From the NCBI GenBank assembly GCA_035623825.1, contig DASPSR010000061.1, positions 1-64,000 on the forward strand: a stretch of DNA of 64,000 bases, in the 5' to 3' direction. Under the pieces are notes generated by a model, which was not told the origin of the DNA, ran no database searches, and saw nothing but the letters and a program-made list of their open reading frames with translations. A program made the position numbers and the translations under genes. Every line of letters starts with the position of its first letter. The stretch's first letter is position 1. Below are positions 46,306-58,100 of the stretch, piece by piece. The DNA comes from Nitrospirota bacterium (GTDB lineage Bacteria > Nitrospirota > UBA9217).

Positions 46306-47367
46306 ATGGAAAGGATAACAAAACTCAGCGATGCAATCAGGAAGCTCATGGAAGTGGAATTCAGCGGCTACATAAAGATCAATTTCAGCCAGGGAAGTAT
46401 TGGGCGGGTCGAAAAGTCCGAGGAGTTTGAGGACACGGCAATCCTGATTACGGGAAGGGACAACGGGAAAAAGAGCGGTCTGGGAGGGCAGGTCAATCAT
46501 GAAACCCTCAAGGCCGTACCCATTATGCTGTTGCTGTCCATTGCCCTTGCTGGCTGCGCCGCTTCAGCAAAAGTCAGGCCGCCTCAGCCCGCAGGGGAGT
46601 CCGGGAACGTCAGGGTTGTCCGGTCCGGAGATGTTGCGGACATCCGCTACCTTTGCCGTCTCAAATCAGGAGAGGTCGCGGCTGCAACGGACCCGGTTGC
46701 GGAAAGCCAGCCCAAGTCGAATATTTATGAGAAACGGGAGGAGACCGGCCCCCTGTCAGTTCAGGCAATCGGCGCCGATGAGGCAGATCTGACGGCAGGA
46801 TCTCCCTTCACTCAACCTTCCTTCGAAGAGGAAATCCAGTATTACCTTGGTCGGACGATCATTGGCATGAAGCAAGGTGATAAGCTCACGGCAGAGCTCA
46901 AGGCTAAGGACTCGCAGTCAAGGGTACACGAGGAATATATCTTGCGCCTCAACCGTGTCCGCACACATCCCAAATTGATGGTAATGCAGAAACACACCTA
47001 CGAGTACGCGACAAAACAATCTCCTGAGATCGGACAGGCATATACCTACGACCCCGATTTTCCCGGCAAGGTGGAGTCGATTTCGGACGAGGGTGTAACG
47101 ATCAGGATCATGGTGACGCCGGGAGCCGTTAAAGAAACGCCCTTCGGTTCTGGACGATACAGCGAGGATGGCGACAACTACAAAATGGAGATAGATGCGC
47201 GTAAAGGAGCGCTCATCCGCATGGCTGGCCTGGTCGGACGGATCGTTTACGTTGATGACAAGGCATTTCACATAGATTTCGGCAACCCCTTCGGCGGCGA
47301 AACGCTGATCTGCGATGTGACGGTGGAAAAAATCGCGGAGGAGAAAACAGCGAAGAGCGGAAAGTAG
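46306..47367 (+). CDS. FKBP/SlyD-like peptidyl-prolyl isomerase lipoprotein fused behind a small DUF2292-like domain
   Basis: IIGMKQGD, IDFGNPFGGETLICDVTV; internal lipobox LAGC; N-terminal FSGYIKINFSQGSIGRVEKSE. Confidence 0.75.
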   Translation: MERITKLSDAIRKLMEVEFSGYIKINFSQGSIGRVEKSEEFEDTAILITGRDNGKKSGLGGQVNHETLKAVPIMLLLSIALAGCAASAKVRPPQPAGESGNVRVVRSGDVADIRYLCRLKSGEVAAATDPVAESQPKSNIYEKREETGPLSVQAIGADEADLTAGSPFTQPSFEEEIQYYLGRTIIGMKQGDKLTAELKAKDSQSRVHEEYILRLNRVRTHPKLMVMQKHTYEYATKQSPEIGQAYTYDPDFPGKVESISDEGVTIRIMVTPGAVKETPFGSGRYSEDGDNYKMEIDARKGALIRMAGLVGRIVYVDDKAFHIDFGNPFGGETLICDVTVEKIAEEKTAKSGK

Positions 47368-47373
47368 CGGCAT

Positions 47374-48957
47374 GTGAAAATAACGGATCTGCGACTCCTC
47401 CACGCGATAGTGATGATCATTGCATATGCGGCTCTCCTGTCCCGCCCGTGTTGTGCGGGGGAAGCCGGCAACACGGGATTCGAGATCAAAGCATTCGAGG
47501 TCACCAGTAACACCCTGATTCCCGATGATAAACTGCGCAGCGCGGTTGCCTCTTTTACCGGGGTAGGAAAAACAGCGACTGACGTGGAGAACGCGCGGGA
47601 CGTCCTGGAGAAACTGTATCACGATGCCGGCTATCCCACAGTGATAGTGAACATTCCGGAACAGACCCTGCAGGACGGAATCGTCAAACTGCAGGTCATC
47701 GAAAGCAGGGTAGGCAGGATCAGGGTTACGGGCAACCGGTATTTCACCATAGAGAAGCTGTTGAAGGACTTGCCTTCCCTTGCTCCGGGCACGATAATTT
47801 ATCTGCCGGATGTTCAGAAGGAGATTGGACGTCTGAATGCAAGCCAGGACATCAAGGTCGATCCCATCATGTCACCGGGCAAGGAAGTCGGGACCATCGA
47901 CGTGGAGCTCAGGGTAGAGGATCATCTCCCGCTGCACGGTTATCTGGAACTGAACAACCGGGCGAGCCCGAATACATCGCCGCTGCGGCTGAATGCGCTC
48001 GTCCACTACGACAATCTCTGGCAGCAGGAGCATTCTCTCTCCCTCCAGTGCCAGGTAGCGCCCGTGAACCCGAAAGACGCAAAAGCGCTTGCCGTTTCTT
48101 ACGCTATTCCGGCGCCATGGCAGAAGGAAGACCAGGTAGCCCTTTACGGGGTATGGTCGGACAGTAATACGGCATTCGGCGAGGGATTCAGGGTTATTGG
48201 AAAGGGACAGATATACGGCATACGCGGAGTCACCACCCTGCCACCGTACAAACTCTATGCCCATGCCGTGACCTTGGGTGTCGATTACAAACATTTCGAT
48301 CAGGGCGGTTTCACAGGGGCAAGTGGCCCGATTTCGTATCTGCCTTTTATGGTTTCGTATAGCTCCTCGCTTCCCGATACTTGGGGAGGGATGACCCAGT
48401 TCGGTGTGGGATTGAACTTTTCACTGCGTGGAGTAGTCTCGAATGAGAGTGAATTCGAGAACAATAGGTACCAGGCAATGGCGAACTATGTTTACGTCGT
48501 CGCGAGCATTACGCGTACCCAGAAGCTGCCATGGGGAATGGGTCTCCTCGTGAAGGTGGACGGACAATCCGCCAACCAGCCGCTCATCGTCAACGAACAG
48601 TATCTCGCCGGCGGCATGGAAAGCGTCCGCGGTTACAAGGAAAACGAGCAGGCTGGTGACAACGGCATGCACGGGATGATCGAGCTTTCCTTCCCGGACC
48701 CTTTCGAGAAATCCTCTGCGGCGAAGTTGATCCATATGAGTCCCTTTCTCTTCTATGATTTTGCCGCTTTGACCATTATCGACCCGCTTCCCACCCAGGC
48801 TGAAAAAATCAGGCTTGCGGGCACCGGCGCGGGAGTGCGCGGCCAAGTCTGGAAGCATCTCGAATATGAAGTAGACTGGTCTTTGGCCCTGAAAGACACG
48901 GACATAACGAAGAGAGATGACGAACGAGTGTATTTTATAGTGAAAGCGGAGTTCTGA
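47374..48957 (+). CDS. ShlB/FhaC/HecB-family two-partner secretion transporter (TpsB)
   Basis: POTRA motifs LEKLYHDAGY and IPEQ; GGMESVRGY; C-terminal Phe. Confidence 0.92.
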   Translation: MKITDLRLLHAIVMIIAYAALLSRPCCAGEAGNTGFEIKAFEVTSNTLIPDDKLRSAVASFTGVGKTATDVENARDVLEKLYHDAGYPTVIVNIPEQTLQDGIVKLQVIESRVGRIRVTGNRYFTIEKLLKDLPSLAPGTIIYLPDVQKEIGRLNASQDIKVDPIMSPGKEVGTIDVELRVEDHLPLHGYLELNNRASPNTSPLRLNALVHYDNLWQQEHSLSLQCQVAPVNPKDAKALAVSYAIPAPWQKEDQVALYGVWSDSNTAFGEGFRVIGKGQIYGIRGVTTLPPYKLYAHAVTLGVDYKHFDQGGFTGASGPISYLPFMVSYSSSLPDTWGGMTQFGVGLNFSLRGVVSNESEFENNRYQAMANYVYVVASITRTQKLPWGMGLLVKVDGQSANQPLIVNEQYLAGGMESVRGYKENEQAGDNGMHGMIELSFPDPFEKSSAAKLIHMSPFLFYDFAALTIIDPLPTQAEKIRLAGTGAGVRGQVWKHLEYEVDWSLALKDTDITKRDDERVYFIVKAEF

Positions 48958-49192
48958 TGTCGCTGAAAATATTCGGCTTAGGATCAGCGATTGCAATCCT
49001 CGATTATATACAGGACTTATGCGTCCTGTATTAAAGGTATCAAGAAAAATGGTTTATCCGATAAGCAGTTTTCCGGTCCGGTCTGTCGCCGGACTGGGAT
49101 GATATCGTTTGTACTCCAGGAGTGATCGGTTCCAGGCCGCGACTGCGGATTCGACTGACGTCATCCGCGATGGAATCCTTGGAGGGGAAAAT

Positions 49193-52100
49193 ATGAAGAC
49201 CGGTGTTTTTCATAAAATGCTCGGGCTGCTCTGCTGCGCGTCGCTCCTCTTTCCCCAATACGCCCTGGCAGGCGGCGTTAACATACCCGGTTTTACGGGC
49301 GTGGTTACGCCCCGCTCAACTGTGGCCGCACCGGCCCCTGCGCCCGCTCCCGTCACGGTCAATATACCCGGCTTTTACGGACCTGCTGTTACGCCTCCAC
49401 TGCCAGCCCAGTTACCGATTTTAAAAAATGTCGTCCAGGGGGCAACGGTTGAGTCCCCTTTGAATAACCAGCTTACGATTGATCAGACTCAGCAGCAGGC
49501 CATCATCAACTGGGCATCCTTCAATATCGGTGCTGCTGCCTCCGTCACATTTAACCAACAGCATCAATCGGGCTGGGTCGCCGTGAACAGGATTTGGGAC
49601 GCAAATCCCACGCTCATCTTCGGGAAGCTCTCGGCGGACGGAAAGATCTATCTGATAAATCAGAACGGCATCCTCTTCGGCCCAGGCTCGAAGGTGAATG
49701 TCAACGGCCTTGTGGCATCGGCACTCAATATCAAGGACAATGATTTTCTCAACAACGTACTGAACTTCACGGCTATGGATTATCAAGGGTCAATCCTTAA
49801 TCCTGTTCAGAATAATCCGAATTACCTTGCGGCTGTCTCAAACCTCGGGGAGATAGACACCGCGGACGGAGGATACGTCTTTCTCATTGCTCCCCGCGTG
49901 GACAACTACGGCACGATCAATGCGCCAGCTGGCCAGCTTGGCCTCATCGCAGGAACGGACGTAAATTTACATGCCTCGCAAGGTACCAACCCCGCACAAA
50001 CCTATGTTGTCATAATCAATGATTCCTTCCTCACGTCGCCAAAGAGCACTGATGCCAACTTCGGCCGCGCGGTGAACGGGGACACGGGCAAGCTGAACGC
50101 AGACGGCGGTGTTGCCGGCATGTACGGTAACAACGTCGATCAGTGGGGTGTCATCCGCTCCGTAACGGCTTTCAAGAACAATAAGGGCTACGTGGAGCTG
50201 ATGGCAGCGAACAAGATCACGACAGGCGCTGACAGCAGCATCATGCTTCCGGTCGATAATGAAGTGGACCCGACGACCGGCTTGCCACCAACAATCAGCG
50301 AAACATTCGACATCCAGCCAACTGTGTTCATAGGAGGTTTAAACGGGACTAACGCCGCTGCAACGCAGATCGATCTTGGGGGGAAAATCGTTGCCCCCGC
50401 AGGACAAGTTACACTGAGAGCCGCCAATCAAGTAGCCATGGAATCGGGCAGCGGCATTGACGTAAGCGGGGTCGTGGCAGACCTTTCTGTAGCCGTCATC
50501 ACTGCAAAGCTGAACAGCATAGAGCTTCGGGACGATGACACCCAGAAGGGCGGGGTCCTGCAAGGGCAGAACATTACAACCCCTGTAACGGCGGGGTCCA
50601 CAATAGGCAATCTCTCGCAGGACCTGCTGACGCAGGACAAGACGGCACAGGAACGGCTCATCGGAGGCGATATAAGAAAGGTGGCAGTGCAAAACTCAAG
50701 TACTGGCCAAAGCAGCTGGTCATACAACTCCATAACAGGAAACATCAGTGTGAATGTGGCGAGCGGCGATATCATCGTCAAGCAAGGAGCCTCCCTCAAT
50801 TTTGCCGGTGGGGAGATCAATTATGTTGGCGGCCTGGTGAATTCGACGAAACTGCTTTCAGGCACGACCATTTACGACATAAGCAATGCCCCCGCCAATA
50901 TCCAGTATGATCAGATCCTCGGAAATTATGTGAAGTCATACGCCCGGTTCGGTATGCAGCAGTCCTATACAGGCCTTTATTATGGCGGGGCATCTCCGGC
51001 TATGACGCACGAGACCGGCTACAGCGTAGGCGGCGATGCGGGCACGCTTTCGCTTTCAGCAACCACGATCGTCCTAAACGGTCAGATAAACGGCAGTGTG
51101 AATCGCGGCACGTATCAAAACGCCTGGACCACGTCAGCTTCGTATTCGTCTTCTGCCGATTATTATGAAGCGCTTATGCTTTCAAAGGCTGAGGGGCTCG
51201 AAACACCGCGAGCAGGAAATCTGACGATAAACGCATCGAATATCTCGGTTGTTTCCGAAACTGATACTCAAAACGATATAACGCCGGCGACCACTTCGCT
51301 GCTCTCGGCTAAGACCCTGAACAATGCAAACTTGGGCACACTCGGTCTCACCGCGGATCTGACCATTTCGACAGCTGCCGATGCCGCTCTTGCGCTTCAG
51401 CCGGGCGGGTCATTCACAGCGCAGGCAAGACTGATCAGTTACGAAGGACAGATCACGGTCCCGGGAGGGAACATTAATTTGTACACCGTGCAGAATTCAA
51501 CGAGCTATCGTGACACAAGTGGCAATCTCAACTCGAACTACGTAGCCCTCCCCAACGGCCTCACCGAGAGGATTGTTCTCGGGAGTAAAAGCGTTCTTGA
51601 CGCATCCGGGCAACGGATCGATAACAGTCAGACCGGGACAGGAAATGCCGTTACGACTCCCGGATTTACGAACGGAGGGAAAATATACATCGAGGATCAG
51701 ACGGACCTGGGTGCCGGCGTCTTCTTGCAAAAGGGGGCCGTCGTGAACGTGAGCGGCGGCTATTCTATCGACCAGAAGGGCAAGGTCACAGGAGGAAGCG
51801 CAGGGGCCGTAATCATTCAGGGGGCGAACATCGAACTTGACGGATCTCTGCAGGGGTACGCATTGGCTGATCCGAAAGGAAAGCTCGCTGGAGGCGCCAT
51901 AACTCTTACATCGCTCAATGCTTCAGTGGTCCCGGCTACATCGATTCCTCAGTGGTATGATTGGAGCACTTTCGATCCTTTGAGCAGCGATTCTTCTAGA
52001 TCATCAATACCGGCTCAAATGAAAGGCATGTTCTACCTTGCTGATAACGAGTTCGGCGATACCGGCTTCACTCAGATCACGGTCAACAGCAAGAATGATG

Positions 52101-55100
52101 TCACTATAGGGAGCCCGGGGGGAGTAAATACGAATGTCGCTCCATCGTTGATCAGATCGAAGAATCCGGTAGCGGCGCAAGCGGGGTTGAACGCAAAAAC
52201 CGGGGAGCAGGAGGTCCCCGGAAATCCGAACCTCATCAGCCTCGACCCTTCCCTAGATTACATGGCCGGTCAATCGCAATTTACCGCCGCCGCAGGGGTC
52301 GCCTTTTCTTCTAGTTCAAGCGGAACAGGCTTTACAGGAATCTTAAGTCAGAATTCCGCTCCCACAACGCTTTCGGTCTTAAACGGCACGATGATCCGGA
52401 CAACGCCTGGCGGAAAAATAATCCTATCAAGCGGTGTGCCGGGAACGACAACCGGCTCGGTCATGATGGACGGGAAGCTGGATTCTCGGGCCGGAACTAT
52501 CAACGTAACGGCAACTGGCGGCAATCTTCTGATTGGCGAGAACGCTACGATCCTCGCGAAGGGGTTCAATACTCCTGATCCGTCATCAACCCCGAATGGC
52601 TTCAGCGTTAATCACCAGCCGATGAACGGCGGGAATGTTTCCCTGATTGCGACAGCTAATGGGGACCAAGCAGGAACTGGAAACCTGACCATAGCTTCGG
52701 GGGCAACAATAGATGTGTCGGGATCGGACGCAGTCATGAATACGGTCCTGTCAGGAAGCAAGACGACCACCTATCAAACAGCGGGCAATCCCGGGAGCGT
52801 CTCCTTGAGCTACGGGGGCATCCCGGTATTGGAAGGTGCCGTAGTTGCCAACAACGCGAATCTAAACGGCCTCGGAGGCATCGGCGGAGGCACACTGGCG
52901 ATGACGTATACGTACCCGCTCAATTCTCCAGGAGCCAACAACATGTCCATCGGTAGCTATATTGGCTATTTTCTTAGGGGTGGCTTCGACGACCTGACAT
53001 TCAAGAGCAATTATACTATTAGTTTCGACTCTGGCGACGTCAGCTATGTCATCCCCCGGAAACTTACCCTGGACGCCCCGAATATCATCGGCACGGGAAA
53101 CACGGTGACATTAAGCGCGGCCTGGATAGTGCTTAAAAACACTTCAACGGTTTCTCCGCAGCCCGCAAATTCAACGGTCCCAGCTGCCGGAAATTTAACG
53201 CTTTCCGGCGGATGGACCGATGCGTCAGGAATGCACAGCGGTTTTATCGATGTAATCGGAAGCATCCAGATCGACGGCTTTAAGGACGTAACGCTAAGGA
53301 CCGACCAAGACATTACCCTGAGCCAGGCATTGTACAACGACAACTTCATAGCCGGGCAACATGGAAATCCGGGAACGGTCAATCCCGGAATGCTTGGGAC
53401 AACTGGCGATCTCGTTCTTGATGCCGCCCGCATATATCCAGGCAATTACTATGAATATGACAAGAACGGAAGCAAGATGTTCCCGTATATATACTCTGAC
53501 TATACCGTGCAGGCCAATGGAAAGGTAACCCTGCAGCACACGTTCAGTAACACAGACGCTGCTGCTGACCCGCCTATCTATTCAGCGGGTGGGAGCCTGA
53601 CTATCATCAGCCGCGGTCTCAGCGGAAGCGGAGGTATCGACGTAGAACAAGGCGTGACTGTTGCAGCGCCCCTGGGGACCATCAATCTCAATGCACCGGG
53701 GAATCGAATCTATCTTGCGTCAGGCAGCACATTGACCATAGCCGCGAATGTGGCCAGTGTGCTCTATGGCGAGTTGGACCAGAACAACCTCTGGCTCGTT
53801 CCAGATAAGGCAAAGCCAGCCCCCGGCTCCGGCTCGGAATCATTTTTCACGCAAGACGCCCTTTCCAATAAAGGTATCAACCTTAATGCCGATGAAGTCA
53901 TAACCCGGCAAGGTTCCAAGATCGACGTCTCCGGCGGCGGGTCAGTATTTGCATACTCGTTCCAGCCGGGTGTGCAAGGCTCTGTTGATCCGCTCACCGA
54001 ATCCGGACGCTACGTCGTGTTTAAAGCGGATACCGTTCCGATGCCGGGAACGGATGTATACCTTCAGGGTGAGGGAGGCCTGAGCGCGGGAATGTACACC
54101 CTGCTTCCCCTTGATTCTTCCCATCCGCAAAATGCCCGGTACGCATTCATGCCCGGGGCATATATTCTCGAGGTGCAGAAGGGCGCGTCCTTGCCGGCGC
54201 AGGGAGCGCTGTCACAAGACGGCTATCCCCTCGTTGTCGGATATTCCGCCATTGCCGACACGTCGATAAAGAGCACGCAGCCTCAGGTTTACAGCGTACG
54301 TGCCGCATCCGAAGTCCTGACGACGGAGGGAAATTACGTGCAACCGGTCCCCTCTGTGTCCGGCAATGCCGGCAATATCAACATAACGGGCACTACGATG
54401 ATCCTCGACGGACAGCTTAAAGCAGCGGCATTTGACGGGTATCAAGGCGGCACGATCAGCCTGAAAGCTTCAAACATCACCGTTCAGTCGGAATCTGCAT
54501 CGCCATTGGCGGGTATACTGTTTGATTTCAATACCCCGCTGTCTAAGGTCAACAGCGGCCTCATGGGCAAATTGACCATTTCGTCTAACGGTATTACTGG
54601 CTTTCATGAAGTGGACCTCGGCGATGTGGATCAAACCGCGAAGGGTATAACAAACAGCATTACGGTAAAGGCGGGGGCGGAGCTCGATGCGGACATTATT
54701 TCCCTATCAGCGCGCGGGTCAGCGAGTTCCTCTATAACGCTTGAAGGCGGGTCCAAGCTTGTTGCAGCAACCGGAGACGGCGAGATCAATATCATTACGC
54801 CGGGTACTCTCGTTATCGGCGACAGCGGGTCCGCAGCAACCCTGCACGCCGCCCATGCGGTCAACATTACCGCGAACAATGTGACCGGGATGAACGGATC
54901 TTTCCAGTCAGAAGGAGGCGCTCTGACCTTAAACAGCAGCGCAATATTTTTCGATGACGGGACGCGCACCGACCCCGGCCTTCATTTGACACAGGCAATG
55001 TGGAACAATTTCACCGGATTTCAGGACTTCACATTGGTCAGCAACAGCGGCAGCAATGCAGGCATCCAGTTCCTGACAAGCGTCGATCTTACAGCAGTCA

Positions 55101-58100
55101 ACAGCTTGACCCTAGACGCCAGCCGGATCGCCAATATGAGTCCGAATGCCATTACCGTTAACCTGTCGGCGCCAACGATCAATTTCAAGAATTCGGGCAC
55201 TTCTTCAACGTCACTGCCTGACGCCTCAATGGGCGCCGCTACCTTCACGGCAACGGCCAAGCCTATAAACGCCGGAGGAGCCGGTACGATCAACTTCGGC
55301 GAAGGAGATATCCTGTTCGACAATTTCAAAATGATCGCTATCAACAGCCAGAACGATTTGACGCTCCTGGGGAAGGGAAGCCTGAGCACAGGAAATGGAG
55401 ATCTCGCTATCAGCGCGGCCCGAATGATCACCGCCAGCACGAGCAGGACAGTGACTGATACCGTGGATAACATACAAACGACAGCCATTACTGCTCCTGA
55501 TTTCGTGATCTATACAGGCAGCAATTACAATAACGACATGCAGAGTACGCTCGGTCTCATCCCCGGCGGAGCGATCTCGATAAACGGCAATGGAAACTAT
55601 AAACAGTCCCCTGCTCAGGGGGGAGGCATGCTGGAGATCTGGGGAACTTCGATCAGGACTGACAATGGCGGCGTAATACAAGCCGACGGCGGAACGATCA
55701 AAATGGTTGCAACCGGGGGCGACATCGCCCTTAACAACACAAGCCAGATACTCGCAAAGGGAACAGTTGACGCGCCTGGTGGCCAGGTGTTCCTGCAGTC
55801 GACCAGCGGCGGCATCGTCATCGATAACACGTCCTCGATCGATGTCTCCGCAGGATCACAGGGTGACGCGGGGCTTATCAACATCAAGGCGCCGATAGGG
55901 GGCGTCACGATAAACGGCAATCTCGAAGGAAAGGCTCAGGGCGGAGCGGGAGGTTCCCTTGTTATCGATACTTATCAGTTTGATAATTCTGATACGACCA
56001 AGCCAAATACCGACATGGCGAATCTCCTGAACACTATTTCAGCTTCCAGCGGTGGTTTCACCGAAAGAATCGATCTGAGGGCGACCACAGGCGACATCGT
56101 TATCGGCTCCGACGTAAATGCGCACCACGTTAAACTGACCGCAGACGGAGCCACCAGCGGCGGCAATATCGATGTAAACGGGAATATCATTGCCGATGCC
56201 GAGGGGACGGCAGGCGGAGGCATCGAGCTCTACGCCAAGAACAATCTTTCGATCAACGGAGGTATTCGGGCTGTTTCCACGGTACCCGGCTCTCTCGATC
56301 CGAACGTGCTCCTGAGTTCAACTCAGGGGTCGGTCAGTATAAACGGGAAAATAGATGTTTCCGACAGCAATGGGAATATGAACGGTATCGTCTATCTGCG
56401 GGCACTGCGTAACGCCAATAATAACGACATAAGCGCCTCCCTGGGTCCCCAAGGCTCTATCGTCGGCCAATCAACGGTTTACGCAGAAGCAGTCGATAAA
56501 CCGGTCGATATATCTTCTTTGTCACCGTTGCAGACCCTGTCCCAGGAGATCAGCGCCACAACAGTCTTTTACAACAACTATGTGAATAATACTAGCAGTT
56601 TCGGATCTGGGATCAAGAACTTCCATCTCCTTCCGGGAATCGAGCTCTATAGTGCCGGGGATATTAACTGGAACACGGCACTGGATCTCACCGATTACCG
56701 CTTCGGGGGCGAACCGGGCGTCCTGACCATCCGTTCTGCAGGGAACCTCAACATTAATGCCAGCCTTGCTGACGCTCCTGCGTATGCGGCATCAGGTAAT
56801 AATTTCATTACAGCAGCTCCTGCTGGGCGCAATTCCTGGGGATTTAATCTCGTCGCTGGAGCCGACCCTTCGAGCGCAGATTATATGGCTATAAACACGC
56901 TGGGCACGGGGAACCTCACCATAGCTGATAACGTTATCGTCTACACCGAGAGCGCGCCCATCCGTTTCGCCTCTGGTGGAGATACGGTTATCGGAACGGG
57001 ACAGGCGATTTCTCACGCTAATTTCCCCAGTTACATGATTACTGACGGTATGTACTACAATCTGGCGTCATTCACCGGATCGATCCGAGGAAACATCGGC
57101 CGTGACCTCAATGTTTACGGCGCCATCCAGACAGCCACGGGTGACATCGACATAAACGTTGGCCGCGATCTCAACCTCTTCGTCGGAAATGATTCGAGCT
57201 ATGCCGGCGCCGGCGCTATCCGTACGACAGGGCAGCTTTCTGCTCAGGCGGCGAGCGATCCAATGGGGTCATATGCTCTGGACCCGAAACCTATAGATCC
57301 GGCAACTGGGCAGCCCTTTCAAACCATTATGCAACAAGATCCGGAAGGGACATACTGGTGGAGGTATACAGGGGGCGGAAGCATCACGCTCGAGGTGGGC
57401 AGGCAAGTGGGTAAGCCGGTCAACGGAACGTGGGTTACCGCGGACGGAGCGGGCCAGCAGACAAGTGTTAGCTGGGACTATTATTCACAAATATACGTCA
57501 CCATTAATAATTCTAGTTCGTATGCTTATTACGGGCTTTTTTCAGCCGACTATATCTACGGCACAGCCGGCCTTGCCACGATGGGAGGAGGGAACCTGTC
57601 CGTCCGCACCGGCGGGGACTTCCTTGCGCAGGCTGGGACGTTCGGTTCGGGTAACCTTGCCATTTATTCCGGAGGGGATATCAGGGGCCGGTTTCTCAAC
57701 GCGATGGGGCAGGGCGTTCAAGGACAAGAGAGCCAGGGGATAGGGGAGATCCATGCCATGGGCAATGTCGGGGCGTCCGCATCACCGGTGCAGATCGAGC
57801 TTATTAACAGCAAGACGAATGTGACCGCCCAGGGAGAGATCCAGGTCGGCGCTGTGGTGAACCCCTCTCTGGCAAGCGATCAAATCGAGCAGTACCGGGC
57901 ACAGGACTTCGTATATGACTCCTACACACCGGAGACGAGCATCAGTCTGAAAGCAGGAACTGATGTGACGCTTGCCGGAAGATCCCCCTATTATGAGAAC
58001 CCGACCGCGGCCCAGACTTACGAGAGGGTCCTTCCCGCGCACGTGAGCGTTGTCGCCGGTGGCAATTTGTATATGCTGAACGACTTTACGCTCGCGTCAG

